A DNA stretch of 64,000 nucleotides from an uncultured virus (IMG/VR IMGVR_UViG_3300037313_002214) (IMGVR_UViG_3300037313_002214); one strand, 5' to 3'. Shown: positions 9,304 through 19,793, counted from the first letter of the stretch. Notes: generated by a model from the letters alone, not told the origin. Numbers and translations: made by a program.

Positions 9304-11787
9304 ATGACCGTAATCTATAGCAGCAATTTCGACAGCGAGACATCTGGTCAGATAGCCACTGGCTGGGTCGCCAAGTCCGGAACTTGGGCGGTCGGCACGA
9401 GCAACCCGATCTCGGGCGCACAGTCGTTCGGGTCGACAACGGCTGTCGACCAAAATACCGCGCTGTACACCGGGGTGGCGGCGCAGACGTACACGAAAGT
9501 ACAGTTTACGCAGAAGCTGCCCGCGCTGTCGAACGCAGGCCACTATTCGCCCATTCTGCGCATGGATTCGGGCTACCTGAACGGTTACGTGTGGTTGATC
9601 GACTTCAACTACAACGCAGGTAAGCTCACGCCGCGGCTCTACACGCGCACCAACGGGTCCTTCCCGGCACCGCAGGTTGGCGCCACGATGTCCACGGTGT
9701 TCGCCGTCGGCGACATCATCAATGTGGAATGTATCTCATCGGGCAGCACGCACGAGATACGCATTTGGCGATCCACCGATGTCAAGCCGACTACCGCTAC
9801 GGCGTCGTTCACCGAATCGTCATTTGCGAGCGGTTACGTTGGCCTTTTCCGTACGGGCGCGGGTTCGGTTGGCACTGCGGTTGATGACTTCAGCCTGGAT
9901 GACGGCGTAGTGCAGGCGGCAACCGCTGTCACGATGACTGGTCCGACTTCTGGCACGGCTGGATCGGCATCGTCGGTGTACACGATTGGCGCGAACGGCG
10001 CGATCACTGGCACAGTTACGATTACACCGACCCCGGTCACGGGCATCACGTTCACGCCAACGAGCGTCCAGATCAGCAGTGCGTCCCCCACGGCGACATT
10101 CACCGCGACGGCGGCATCCGCAGGAACGTACACCATTGCGGTTACGAACAACGGAAGTTTGACGAACCCGGCGAGCATCACGTACACGGCATCTGCCGCC
10201 GACACGACGCCGCCGACGTTCCAGAGCGCGGTCGTGGCGAACGCATCGCCAACGGTCATCACCGTGACGATGAGCGAGACACTGGCCGCCAGCACGCCGC
10301 CAACCTCGGCTTTCACGGTATCCGGCGGCAAAACCGTTACGGCCGTGGGCAATCCGTCCGGGGCGACGTTCACGCTGACGGTAAATAGCGCGTACGTCTC
10401 CACCGACACGATCACGGTTAGCTACACGCAACCCGGCGCGAATCCGCGCCTGCAAGATGCCGCCGGCAATCTGACCGCAAGCTTTGGACCGTCCGCCGTC
10501 ACAAACAACGTCGGCGCAACCACCGTCAACGCGCTGACCAATGGCACCGGCAATGTCCTGTTCTCGCCGTACAACTGGAATGTGGACGCGAACACCGCAA
10601 AGACCATCAATCCGGGGGCGTACTTCAAGACGTTGTTCACGGGGTCGAGCTGCACGCTCCAATTCGACATGACGAACATCGTGTCGCCGGTCCCGCAGAT
10701 TTCTTACATCGTAGATGGCGTCGGCGGCTGGACGACCGTAAATATCGCAGCAAGCGTGACCATCGCCGTGCCGAGCACGACGTCCATGTTCAACAACAAG
10801 GGCGGCCACGTCCTGGAAGTGGTGTTCAAGAGTTCGTATCTGGCAGGTCCGCGCTGGTCTCCTCAGTCCACGGCGCTTGTACTGACGGGTATCGTTCTGG
10901 ACTCTGGCGCGACGCTGACGCAGGCGACGGCCAAACCATTGCGTGCATTGTTCTTCGGCGACAGCATCACCGAAGGCGTCCGCACGATGGACGGCTCGTA
11001 CACCAACGACATGGACCGGGCAAACTCCCGTATCGCCTGGGCGTATCAAGCGGCGCAGTTGCTCGGCGCTGAAGTGGGTATCGTGGGGTTCGGTTCGCAA
11101 GGATTGACTAATCCCGGCAGCGGTGGCGTCCCGGCCCTCGTGGACTGCTACAACCTCCTATATTCGGGTGTAAGCCGTTCGTTTGCCTCCGTGCCGGACT
11201 TCATTGCGATTTTGCACGGGACGAACGACTCGGGGGACGTGACAACGGCCCTCACGACCGTGCTTAATGGGCTGCTGTCCGCGACGCCGGCCACGACGAA
11301 GATCATCGTTCTGCGCCCGTTCAATGGAACGCACGCGACCGACCTGCAGGCAGGCATTGCAGCATGCACGACCCCGAGCCGTGTCACATACGTGGATACG
11401 ACGGGATGGTTTATCACGGCTGACAGCGCGGATGGCCTACACCCGTACGGCAATGTGAGTATGAACCGACTCGGCCCAATGGCGGCGACGGCGATTCGCT
11501 CGGCGCTGAATTCCGCGGGAGTGACGACCGCACGCACGGTAACACTGACGCTCGGCGACACGACTGGAGCTCTCGCAAACCTGACAGGGCTTAAGGTCGC
11601 GGCATTCGACCAGCCTACGCCAGACCTACGCGGCGCGCCTGTGTATAAGTCCTCAACGCAGACCACAGACGCGAGCGGGGTTCTGACGTTCACGATGCAG
11701 TCGACGCTTGCTGCGGGCGGGGCGTGCGGCGTCTCCGTGCAGATGGCGGACGGCAGAAACTTCGACGTATCCGCTACGGTGGCGTAA
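9304..11787 (+). CDS. Thr/Ser-rich multidomain protein with SGNH/GDSL hydrolase domain (probable virion-associated esterase)
   Basis: FFGDSITEG, GFGSQG, HGTND, DGLHP blocks; beta-rich N-terminal domains. Confidence 0.8.
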   Translation: MTVIYSSNFDSETSGQIATGWVAKSGTWAVGTSNPISGAQSFGSTTAVDQNTALYTGVAAQTYTKVQFTQKLPALSNAGHYSPILRMDSGYLNGYVWLIDFNYNAGKLTPRLYTRTNGSFPAPQVGATMSTVFAVGDIINVECISSGSTHEIRIWRSTDVKPTTATASFTESSFASGYVGLFRTGAGSVGTAVDDFSLDDGVVQAATAVTMTGPTSGTAGSASSVYTIGANGAITGTVTITPTPVTGITFTPTSVQISSASPTATFTATAASAGTYTIAVTNNGSLTNPASITYTASAADTTPPTFQSAVVANASPTVITVTMSETLAASTPPTSAFTVSGGKTVTAVGNPSGATFTLTVNSAYVSTDTITVSYTQPGANPRLQDAAGNLTASFGPSAVTNNVGATTVNALTNGTGNVLFSPYNWNVDANTAKTINPGAYFKTLFTGSSCTLQFDMTNIVSPVPQISYIVDGVGGWTTVNIAASVTIAVPSTTSMFNNKGGHVLEVVFKSSYLAGPRWSPQSTALVLTGIVLDSGATLTQATAKPLRALFFGDSITEGVRTMDGSYTNDMDRANSRIAWAYQAAQLLGAEVGIVGFGSQGLTNPGSGGVPALVDCYNLLYSGVSRSFASVPDFIAILHGTNDSGDVTTALTTVLNGLLSATPATTKIIVLRPFNGTHATDLQAGIAACTTPSRVTYVDTTGWFITADSADGLHPYGNVSMNRLGPMAATAIRSALNSAGVTTARTVTLTLGDTTGALANLTGLKVAAFDQPTPDLRGAPVYKSSTQTTDASGVLTFTMQSTLAAGGACGVSVQMADGRNFDVSATVA

Positions 11788-11967
11788 ATGGCACAAATTT
11801 ACCTGCACCAAGCGCTTGTCGGTGGCCGTACGTACCTTGCGCCGGCGGCTCCTCCAGCAACTCAACCTGCTGGGTATGTTGATGTGCCCTCATCGCGGAC
11901 CGTCAACTTCGATGGCGGCACAAACCGTGTCGACTTCAGCGGTGGAACTAACCGAGTGAACTTCTGA
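11788..11967 (+). CDS. Small protein with internal repeat (VNFDGGTNR/VDFSGGTNR/VNF)
   Basis: 59-aa ORF coupled on both sides (TAAATG, TGATG); not in the supplied ORF track. Confidence 0.6.
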   Translation: MAQIYLHQALVGGRTYLAPAAPPATQPAGYVDVPSSRTVNFDGGTNRVDFSGGTNRVNF

Positions 11968-12287
11968 TGGCAGACCCTACATTCGTTGGTGGCAAGTGGA
12001 TTTGCCTAAAAGACCCGGATGACATCCGGTACTACAAGTTCGGCTTTGCCAAGGATCTGGCTGATTCTGGAACCACGGGCGCGTCGGCGGTAGCCATCGT
12101 ATCCGGTGTGACGCTAGCGACTGACAACACCGGAGCCAACCCGCGCATCGTCGGTACGGACGTAATAGTCAAGCTTAGCGGCCTGGATATTTCCGCGAAC
12201 CCGGTCAACTTCTGCACGATCCGCCTTACCTGCGCAAACGGCGAGCAGATCGACCGGACGATGTGGTTCGTTCGTGAGGATCATTGA
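11967..12287 (+). CDS. Phage virion adaptor-like protein (KDPDD family)
   Basis: KDPDDIRYY...IRLTCANGEQIDRT pattern. Confidence 0.55.
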   Translation: MADPTFVGGKWICLKDPDDIRYYKFGFAKDLADSGTTGASAVAIVSGVTLATDNTGANPRIVGTDVIVKLSGLDISANPVNFCTIRLTCANGEQIDRTMWFVREDH

Positions 12288-12511
12288 TGAGCGATCAACG
12301 CAAACAGCCAAGCTACACGGCTCCTCCTGGCGTTGTGCTGCTGAAGGCTACTGTGCCATATGACCATGCTGCCACCGTTGCCGCGCTCACATCTGGCATA
12401 CCCGAGAAGGTGGGCGTGGCTGCGCCGACGCAATATGCGCGAGCGCCGGCCGGCGATGGCATTTCGGCCGGTACCAGCCGGCCATTAGCTGTGCAGACCA
12501 TCTCTCGCTGA
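12284..12511 (+). CDS. Hypothetical protein
   Basis: Overlaps upstream stop, in operon. Confidence 0.45.
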   Translation: MMSDQRKQPSYTAPPGVVLLKATVPYDHAATVAALTSGIPEKVGVAAPTQYARAPAGDGISAGTSRPLAVQTISR

Positions 12512-12517
12512 GCCCCA

Positions 12518-12838
12518 ATGAAGCTACAGACCTTGAAGCCGCGTCTCACGACAGCCGGTAATCGCCTCGCCACCTTCGATCCGCCCAGGCCCGACACAGT
12601 CGAGCGTAAGCGTGGTTGGGCTGGCGTACAGGACCGGAATCGGATCCGTGCCCGCGACTGCGGACTCTGCCAAGAGTGTCAGCGTAATGGCAGGGTTAGC
12701 GTGGGCGTAGCTGTCGACCATAAGACTCCGCTCTGGATGGGCGGAAGCGATGAAGACAGCAATAAAGAACTCCTGTGCCAACCTTGTCATGATGCTAAGA
12801 CCGCCCGGGAGGCGGCGGCGCGTGCGCGCGGCACCTGA
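12518..12838 (+). CDS. HNH endonuclease (terminase-associated, HK97 gp74-like)
   Basis: RDCGLCQEC, VDHKTPL..GG, LCQPCHDAKT; immediately upstream of terS. Confidence 0.9.
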   Translation: MKLQTLKPRLTTAGNRLATFDPPRPDTVERKRGWAGVQDRNRIRARDCGLCQECQRNGRVSVGVAVDHKTPLWMGGSDEDSNKELLCQPCHDAKTAREAAARARGT

Positions 12839-12939
12839 CGGCCAAAGGGAGGGGCGGGGGCAAACTCCGGAACTCTTCTTCGACCGACACCGCATGCCCT
12901 CTCATCCGCAGATTATTTTCCCCGTGGAGGAATTTGTTA

Positions 12940-13398
12940 ATGGCTTTAACAGGCAAACAGCGAGCCTTCGCCGATGCCGTGTTGGCCGGGTTCTCCAATA
13001 AGGAGGCGGCGATTCGCGCCGGATACAGCGAAAAAACGGCATCAGCTGCCGGGTCCAGGCTTGTTAAAGAGCCGCCGGTAAAAAGTTACATCGATAGCAA
13101 GAGGAAGCCATCTGCAAGTGCCGGCAAGTCTCTGCCGCCTTCAGGGGTGCCCGGCGGTTCGGACGAAGTCAATTTCGATATCCCGCATACCGACGATCCG
13201 ATCAAGTTCCTCACCAACATCATGAACGAGCCGGCTGCGGATATCCGTTATCGGATCGATGCCGCAAAGGCTATGTTGCCGTTCAAGCATCAGAAATTAG
13301 GCGAGGGCGGCAAGAAGGATGCGCAGGCCGACGCGGCGAAGAAAGCCGCTAACAAATTCGGTACGCCGGCGGCGCCTGGGCTCAAGCGCGTGAAGTAA
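12940..13398 (+). CDS. terS: Terminase small subunit
   Basis: LTGKQRAFA...AAIRAGYSEKTA...GSRL; position. Confidence 0.85.
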   Translation: MALTGKQRAFADAVLAGFSNKEAAIRAGYSEKTASAAGSRLVKEPPVKSYIDSKRKPSASAGKSLPPSGVPGGSDEVNFDIPHTDDPIKFLTNIMNEPAADIRYRIDAAKAMLPFKHQKLGEGGKKDAQADAAKKAANKFGTPAAPGLKRVK

Positions 13399-13408
13399 AG
13401 GAGTAAAA

Positions 13409-15094
13409 ATGGAGTGGTCCACAGCCTGCCTCGATTGGAAAGAGCGGCTGAAGAAGGGCCAGTCCATCATTCCGCCGCCGCTGTTTCCGGAGCAGGCCGA
13501 GCATGCAGTCCACATTTTCAAGCAACTGAAGATCGTCGATGCGCCAGGGAGTCCGACATTCGGCGACGCCTGTGACCAATGGGTGTTCGACCTGGTGGCT
13601 TCGATCTTCGGCGCGTACGACGCGCGGCCCGATTCGCCCACAGAGGGGCGGCGACTGATCACCGAGTGGTTCATCCTGATCCCGAAGAAGAACTCGAAGT
13701 CGACCATCGCGGCCGGGATCATGATGACGGCGCTGATCCTGAATTGGCGCATGTCGGGCGAGTTCACGATTCTGGCGCCGACGCTGGAGGTGGCCGCGAA
13801 CTCCTTCGCGCCGAGCCGGGACATGGTGAAGCACGAGGAGGATCTGGACGACCTGATGCAGGTCCAGACCCATATCAAGACCATTACCCACCGCGGCACA
13901 TCTGCGACGCTGAAGGTGATCGCAGCTGACGCGAATACAGCTGCGGGTAAGAAGTCCGTTGGCACGCTGGTTGACGAAATCTGGCTGTTCGGTAAGCAGG
14001 CGAACGCAGAGAACATGCTTCGCGAAGCGATCGGTGGCCTAGCGTCGCGACCGGAAGGCTTCGTCATCTACCTGACGACACAGTCCGACGAGCCGCCCGC
14101 TGGCGTGTTCCGGCAGAAGCTGCAATATGCGCGCGATGTCCGCGATGGGAAGATTGTTGACGCCCGCTTCGTGCCCGTGTTGTACGAATTCCCAGAGGAG
14201 ATGATCGCCGCCGGCGAACATCTGAAACCGGAAAACTTCGGCATCGTCAATCCAAACCTCGGGTTCTCGGTGGATGCAGAATTTCTCGAGCGCGAGCTTC
14301 GCAAGGCCCAGGCCGGCGGTGAGGAATCGCTGCGTGGCTTTCTCAGTAAGCACCTCAACGTAGAAATCGGCCTGAATCTTCGGTCTGATCGTTGGCCAGG
14401 CGCCGAATTTTGGGAGCAGCAGGGAGTGCTCGAGCGGGCGTTCTCGCTTGAGGACCTGATCGCTCGATCGGAAGTCGTGACCATGGGCGGCGATGGCGGC
14501 GGCCTGGATGACTTGCTGGGGCAATATGCCATCGGTCGATGCAAGGATACGCGCCGATGGCTCGGATGGGGGCACGCCTGGGCTCACCCATCGGTACTTG
14601 AGCGGCGCAAGGAAATCGCGCCTCGGCTGCAAGACTTCGCCAAAGATGGCCACCTTACTCTCGTGAAACGCATCGGTGAGGACGTCGAGCAGTTCGCGGC
14701 TAACGTGGCCAAGGTCCACGAGGCGGGCCTGCTGAACAAGATGGGTATTGACCCCAGTGGTATCGGAGGCATTCTTGATGCGATGTTGCAGGCGGGGATT
14801 CCTGAGGATCGAATCGTCGGCATCTCACAGGGCTGGAAGCTCACCGGCCCCATCAAGACAGCTGAGCGCAAGCTCGCTGAGGGCGTGTTCGTGCATGGCG
14901 CGCAGCCGTTGATGGCTTGGTGTGTTGGCAATGCTCGTGTCGAGCCACGTGGAAACGCCATCCTTATCACGAAACAGATTTCCGGCTCGGCCAAGATCGA
15001 CCCCCTGATGGCGATGCTCAACGCGGTTGAGCTTATGTCATTGAACCCGACTGCCGACAGCGGCGAGATTACCCAGGGCTTCGTACTCCTGTAA
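13409..15094 (+). CDS. terL: Terminase large subunit
   Basis: IPKKNSKST Walker A, LVDEIW Walker B, KIDPLMA nuclease end. Confidence 0.95.
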   Translation: MEWSTACLDWKERLKKGQSIIPPPLFPEQAEHAVHIFKQLKIVDAPGSPTFGDACDQWVFDLVASIFGAYDARPDSPTEGRRLITEWFILIPKKNSKSTIAAGIMMTALILNWRMSGEFTILAPTLEVAANSFAPSRDMVKHEEDLDDLMQVQTHIKTITHRGTSATLKVIAADANTAAGKKSVGTLVDEIWLFGKQANAENMLREAIGGLASRPEGFVIYLTTQSDEPPAGVFRQKLQYARDVRDGKIVDARFVPVLYEFPEEMIAAGEHLKPENFGIVNPNLGFSVDAEFLERELRKAQAGGEESLRGFLSKHLNVEIGLNLRSDRWPGAEFWEQQGVLERAFSLEDLIARSEVVTMGGDGGGLDDLLGQYAIGRCKDTRRWLGWGHAWAHPSVLERRKEIAPRLQDFAKDGHLTLVKRIGEDVEQFAANVAKVHEAGLLNKMGIDPSGIGGILDAMLQAGIPEDRIVGISQGWKLTGPIKTAERKLAEGVFVHGAQPLMAWCVGNARVEPRGNAILITKQISGSAKIDPLMAMLNAVELMSLNPTADSGEITQGFVLL

Positions 15095-15102
15095 GGAACA
15101 CT

Positions 15103-16395
15103 ATGGAACTATTCGATGCGCTGGCTGCTACCGCGCACTGGCGGCATGCGCCTTCGCGTTCGGAAGAGTCGAAGGTGTCGAACCAAGCGCAATACGGCCC
15201 AGATGTAATGGAGGCCTTCGGAATCGCGCCGTCCGGTACGACAGTGTCGGCGACGTCCGCGATGCGTGTGTCGGCGGTCGCTGCGTGCGTGGCGAAAATC
15301 GCCGGCGCAATCGTCAGCATGCCGATCCACGAGTACGCGCTGGACGGCGGCGAGATTCCCTCCCGGCTGCCGCGCAGCGACTTGTGGTATCTGCTCAACG
15401 AGCAGCCCAGCCCGCAGTACACCGCCGCGTCGATGTGGGAGGGTGTCAGTATGGCGCAGCTTCTGCGCGGCGATGCCTACGCACTGCTGCGCTGGCGGAT
15501 GAATGGCACGATTCGCGAGATCTTGCCACTGCCGTGGGGTAGCGTCTCACCGATTCGCTCTCCGGTTGAAGGCGTGCGCTACTACGTCAATTTGCCTTAT
15601 CACGGCATCTCGACTTGGTTTGATCCCTCCGACATCCTCCACTTTCCTGGCCTGGGCTTCGACGACAACGTAATGCGGTCGATGTCGGTAATCCAGTTCG
15701 GCGCCCGTTCGGCGATCGGCAACGCCCTTGCGATGGACGAATACAGCGGCAAGTTTTTCGAGGGCGGCGCGCACCCGTCGATCATCCTGCAGGCCTCGGC
15801 AAAGATGAGCGACACGCAGATCGGCCAGATGCAAGCGGCGTTTGCAAGCAGGTATGCCGGCCTGGCGAATGCTCACCGCCTGCCCCTCGTACTGACCGAA
15901 GGTATCACGGCGAAAGAGCTGAGCTTGTCAGCCGAGGATGCTCAGTTGCTCGAGGCCCGCAAGTTCCAGGTCATGGACATCGCCCGAGCGTTCGGCGTCC
16001 CTGGCTTCATGATCAACGAGAGTACCGGATCGACGTCCTGGGGTTCTGGTCTGGAGACGAACGGTAAAGCCTTCGTCCAGTACACCCTGCAGACGTGGCT
16101 TCGCAAAATCGAGCAGGAGCTAAACCGAAAGCTCTACCCACGAAATAACGGCCGATTTCTCGAGTTCAACCGCGAGGCGCTATACGAAACCGACCTCAAG
16201 GCACAGGGCGAGTACTCGCGATCTGCCGTTGGCGGGCCGGGCTCTGGCGATGGGTGGATGACAGTGAATGAAATCCGGCGCCGGCAACGCATGCCGCCCG
16301 TGCCGGGTGGAGACGAAATCTACCGCGCCCCACGCGATCAATCCCAACCCGGAAGCAAAGCACCCAATGAACAAGATCCTTCAGCTGTATCGTGA
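15103..16395 (+). CDS. HK97-family portal protein
   Basis: LLRGDAYA, IARAFGVP, MTVNEIR motifs. Confidence 0.95.
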   Translation: MELFDALAATAHWRHAPSRSEESKVSNQAQYGPDVMEAFGIAPSGTTVSATSAMRVSAVAACVAKIAGAIVSMPIHEYALDGGEIPSRLPRSDLWYLLNEQPSPQYTAASMWEGVSMAQLLRGDAYALLRWRMNGTIREILPLPWGSVSPIRSPVEGVRYYVNLPYHGISTWFDPSDILHFPGLGFDDNVMRSMSVIQFGARSAIGNALAMDEYSGKFFEGGAHPSIILQASAKMSDTQIGQMQAAFASRYAGLANAHRLPLVLTEGITAKELSLSAEDAQLLEARKFQVMDIARAFGVPGFMINESTGSTSWGSGLETNGKAFVQYTLQTWLRKIEQELNRKLYPRNNGRFLEFNREALYETDLKAQGEYSRSAVGGPGSGDGWMTVNEIRRRQRMPPVPGGDEIYRAPRDQSQPGSKAPNEQDPSAVS

Positions 16396-17359
16396 CAACG
16401 CTGGCCGTGAGAAGCGGCCGGTCAACGTCGCTCGTAACGCGGACGAGGCCTCGTTGTACATCTACGATGTTATCGACTCGTATTGGGGCGTGAGCGCGGT
16501 TCAGGTGATCGACGCCCTGGGCCAAGTGGCGGACGCCCAAGTGCTGAACGTCTACATCAACAGCCCGGGCGGTGACGTGTTCGAAGGCCGAGCCATCATG
16601 GCCGCGCTGTCGCGCTTCGCCGGTAAGAAGATCGCCCATATCGACAGCCTGTGTGCGAGCGCAGCTACCAGCATCGCGCTGGCGTGCGATGAGGTCGAGA
16701 TTACCGAGGGCGCCTTCTTCATGATCCACAACGCCAGCGGCTTCGCCTGGGGCGACAAGAACGCGATGCGCGAGACCGCTGATCTGCTGGAAAAGGTCGA
16801 AGGGTCGATCGTGCACGACTACGTGTCCAAGACCGGTAAGGATGATCAGCAGATCATCGGCTGGATGAATGCTGAGACGTGGTTCAACGCGACTGAGGCG
16901 CTCGACAACGGGTTCGTGGACCGCGTAACGCCATCGCCGACCGCAAACAAGAGCGCGACCAACATGTGGAACTTGGCGGCGTACGCCCGTGTGCCGCAAG
17001 CGCTGACAAACGCGGTGACGCCGAAAGAGCCCGTGAAACCGCAGGCGAAGGTAGTGGTGACGCCATCGGCTGAAGGAGACGACGCGCTCAATGCAGACGA
17101 AGTGAAATTCCTTCGTGAGATGGCGGTCATGCACGAAGCTGCGATCGCGCTCGCGAAAGAGGTTCTACCGCTGGCCACATCAGACGATGTTGAGGATCTA
17201 GCCGAAAGCATCATCAGCAGCCAAGCCGGCGAACTGGAGCTGATGAAGACCTGGATTGATCTTGGCGCGACGCCAGAACCAGATGAAGGTCCGGAGCCTG
17301 CGCCAAACAACAGCGTATCGCAATCCGTTCGTAACCGTCTCACCCTGCTGCAGTTGTAA
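16367..17359 (+). CDS. ClpP-like head maturation protease with C-terminal DUF305-like helical segment
   Basis: INSPGGDVF, CASAATSIA, FMIHNA, ETWFNATEALDNGFVD. Confidence 0.9.
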   Translation: MNKILQLYRDNAGREKRPVNVARNADEASLYIYDVIDSYWGVSAVQVIDALGQVADAQVLNVYINSPGGDVFEGRAIMAALSRFAGKKIAHIDSLCASAATSIALACDEVEITEGAFFMIHNASGFAWGDKNAMRETADLLEKVEGSIVHDYVSKTGKDDQQIIGWMNAETWFNATEALDNGFVDRVTPSPTANKSATNMWNLAAYARVPQALTNAVTPKEPVKPQAKVVVTPSAEGDDALNADEVKFLREMAVMHEAAIALAKEVLPLATSDDVEDLAESIISSQAGELELMKTWIDLGATPEPDEGPEPAPNNSVSQSVRNRLTLLQL

Positions 17360-17432
17360 CGCTTCTCGCGCTACGTCCTGCTTCATCCCACCGGGAGCCC
17401 ATGCGGCTCCCTTTTCTTTTTGAAGGAATCAC

Positions 17433-18635
17433 ATGGCTGACACCATCCAAGCCCTGCGCGAGAAGATTGCCAACCTCGCGACCCAAGCGAACAATCTGGT
17501 TGCCGAAAAGGGCGATCAGAAATGGACCCCCGAAGAGCAGACGAAGTTCGACAACTTCGCCAGCGAGATCACGGCCGCAAAGGCTTCGATCGCGAATATC
17601 GAGCGCATGCGTGAGCTCGACGCCGACAAGTTCTTCAACGACGCGTCGCGGAAGCCGCCGAAGCAGGATGGCGCCGTCGAGATCTCCGCCCTGGTCGCCG
17701 TGGCCCTGTACATGCGCCATGGCCAGAACGTCACCGCCGAGCAGGCCGCTGCGATCCGCAACGCCATGTCGACGACGACCCCGAGCGAGGGTGGCTACAC
17801 CGTTCCGGCCGAGGTGGCGGCAATGGTCATCGACCGCCTGAAGGCCTTCGGCGGCATGCGCAGCGTCGCAACGATCCTGACGACTGAGACCGGCCACGCG
17901 ATGAACTTCCCGACCAGCGACGGCACGGCCGAAGTCGGCGAGATCCTGGCCGAGAACGCGGCGGCGACCGGCAACGACATCACGTTCGGCACTGTGGGCC
18001 TGCCGGTCTTCAAGTACTCGTCGAAGAAAATTGCCCTGCCGGTGGAACTGATTCAGGACAGCGCGATCGACGTCGTTGCCTTCGTCGTGAACCGCCTGGC
18101 GACGCGCATCGCGCGTATCCAGAACCTGCATTACACCACTGGCACTGGCTCTGGCCAGCCGAATGGCGTCATCACGGCGTCCACGGTCGGTAAGGTCGGC
18201 GCCACCGGGCAGACGCTGACGGTCATCTACGACGACCTGGTCGACCTGAAGCACTCGGTCAACCGTGCGTACCGCTCGAGCGCCGAGTGGATGATGAACG
18301 ACCTGAGCGTCGCCGCGGTCTCGAAGCTGAAAGACACCGTCGGCCGTCCGATCTGGATCCCGTCCGTCACCGAAGGCGCGCCGGATCTGCTGCTGGGCAA
18401 ACCGGTCAACGTCAACGACGACATGGCGGTCATGGCCGCCAACGCGAAGTCGATCGCGTTCGGCGACTTCTCGCAGTACACGATCCGCGACGTCAAGAAC
18501 AGCACGACGATGCGTCGTTTCGACGACTCGGCCTTCGCCCTGAACGGCCAGGTCGGCTTCTGCGGCTGGACTCGCTCGGGCGGCAATCTGCTCGACACCG
18601 CGGCAATCCGCCTTTACCAGAACAGCGCAACCTGA
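17433..18635 (+). CDS. HK97-fold major capsid protein
   Basis: EGGYTVP, ELIQDS, LKDTVGRPIW, FGDFSQY. Confidence 0.95.
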   Translation: MADTIQALREKIANLATQANNLVAEKGDQKWTPEEQTKFDNFASEITAAKASIANIERMRELDADKFFNDASRKPPKQDGAVEISALVAVALYMRHGQNVTAEQAAAIRNAMSTTTPSEGGYTVPAEVAAMVIDRLKAFGGMRSVATILTTETGHAMNFPTSDGTAEVGEILAENAAATGNDITFGTVGLPVFKYSSKKIALPVELIQDSAIDVVAFVVNRLATRIARIQNLHYTTGTGSGQPNGVITASTVGKVGATGQTLTVIYDDLVDLKHSVNRAYRSSAEWMMNDLSVAAVSKLKDTVGRPIWIPSVTEGAPDLLLGKPVNVNDDMAVMAANAKSIAFGDFSQYTIRDVKNSTTMRRFDDSAFALNGQVGFCGWTRSGGNLLDTAAIRLYQNSAT

Positions 18636-18684
18636 TCGTAACTGGTGGCCGGCTTAGGCCGGCTGCCGCCACTGGAGATAGAAC

Positions 18685-18852
18685 ATGGCAGAAGCCCAGA
18701 AAGTAAAAGCGCGCGTCCTGGTTACGTGCGACCTCGGTCAACCCAACGACGTCATCGAGATCGATGCGAAGCAGGCAAAGGCACTGGCCGGTACGGTCGA
18801 TGCCGATCCCGAGGCGGTCGCATACGCCGAGTCGCTGAAGACCGCCCAGTAA
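18685..18852 (+). CDS. Small head-associated protein
   Basis: 55-aa ORF with GGAG RBS between capsid and connector genes. Confidence 0.6.
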   Translation: MAEAQKVKARVLVTCDLGQPNDVIEIDAKQAKALAGTVDADPEAVAYAESLKTAQ

Positions 18853-18906
18853 TCGAGCGGGCCCGGTCCTGCGCCGGGCCTAACAAGGAATTTAGAGGAA
18901 GCGCCA

Positions 18907-19446
18907 ATGGCTGAACGATTGATTACTCCGCCGTCCGCGTTGGCGGTGTCACTCGATGCAGCCCGTCGGGTTGCGCGAGTCAGCGGCACTTCGCTGGATG
19001 CCGAGCTGACCGACAAGATTCAGGGCTTCACGGAAGACGCCGAGCACGCGACGGCGCGAGCCTTCGTCCAACAGACCTGGGCTGTGTTTCTCGACGCCTT
19101 CCCGGATGCGATCAAGCTCCCAAAGTCGCCACTGATTAGCGTCGATCACGTCAAGTTTTACGACGCGGACGGCGTTTTGCAGACCCTCGATCCACAAGAC
19201 TATCTTGTCGATGACAAGAGTGAGCCAGGCTGGGTCGTGCCGGCACCGGGGCTTGCGTGGCCAGCTACTGCGACGCGCATTAACGCCGTCGAAGTGCAGT
19301 TCGTGTGTGGCTACGGCCAAAGTGACCAGAGCGTGCCAGCATCGATCAAGCAGTACATCCTCGGCATGCTCGAGAACGAGTACTACCCCAATGCAAACGC
19401 CCAGTTCCTGGGGCGCTTGCTGGATCGAGAAAAGGTGTACGGATGA
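18907..19446 (+). CDS. Head-tail connector (gp6-like)
   Basis: Position; AEHATARAFVQQTW, F.CGYG, VPASIKQ. Confidence 0.85.
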   Translation: MAERLITPPSALAVSLDAARRVARVSGTSLDAELTDKIQGFTEDAEHATARAFVQQTWAVFLDAFPDAIKLPKSPLISVDHVKFYDADGVLQTLDPQDYLVDDKSEPGWVVPAPGLAWPATATRINAVEVQFVCGYGQSDQSVPASIKQYILGMLENEYYPNANAQFLGRLLDREKVYG

Positions 19447-19793
19447 CCGCGCCGTTTCGACTTGATGAGCAGGTGACGATCGAGCAGCGGTCGATTCTCC
19501 GGGATCCAGAGTACGGCACGGAGACCGAGCAGTGGGACATCATTGCTGATCACATCTGGGCTAACGCTCAGGACATTCTTCCGAGTCGCAATGCCGAATC
19601 GACGACGAATGGCCTCGCCACTGTGCTAACGCGCACTCGTCTTCGGATCCGTATCGATGATCGCATCGCACCCGAAATGCGCGTTACGCTGCACGATAAG
19701 AGTGGCCGACAAATGAAGATCAAGGCTGGGCCGGCTCTTCTGGATGATCGCCGGCACGTCGAATTCATGTTGGAGGGTTTCGGCCATGGATGA
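19443..19793 (+). CDS. Head closure/adaptor protein
   Basis: Position; LDEQVTIEQ, RLRIR, EMRV. Confidence 0.8.
   Translation: MTAPFRLDEQVTIEQRSILRDPEYGTETEQWDIIADHIWANAQDILPSRNAESTTNGLATVLTRTRLRIRIDDRIAPEMRVTLHDKSGRQMKIKAGPALLDDRRHVEFMLEGFGHG

Noticed and set aside
9820..11100. Long antisense ORFs (also 28020-29564, 29763-31022, 55369-56598, 59467-60774, 60844-62112)
   Set aside because: Shadow frames of GC-rich genes on the opposite strand, with no motifs
12839..12939. cos site
   Set aside because: The position between HNH and terS is suggestive, but no specific cohesive-end sequence can be supported
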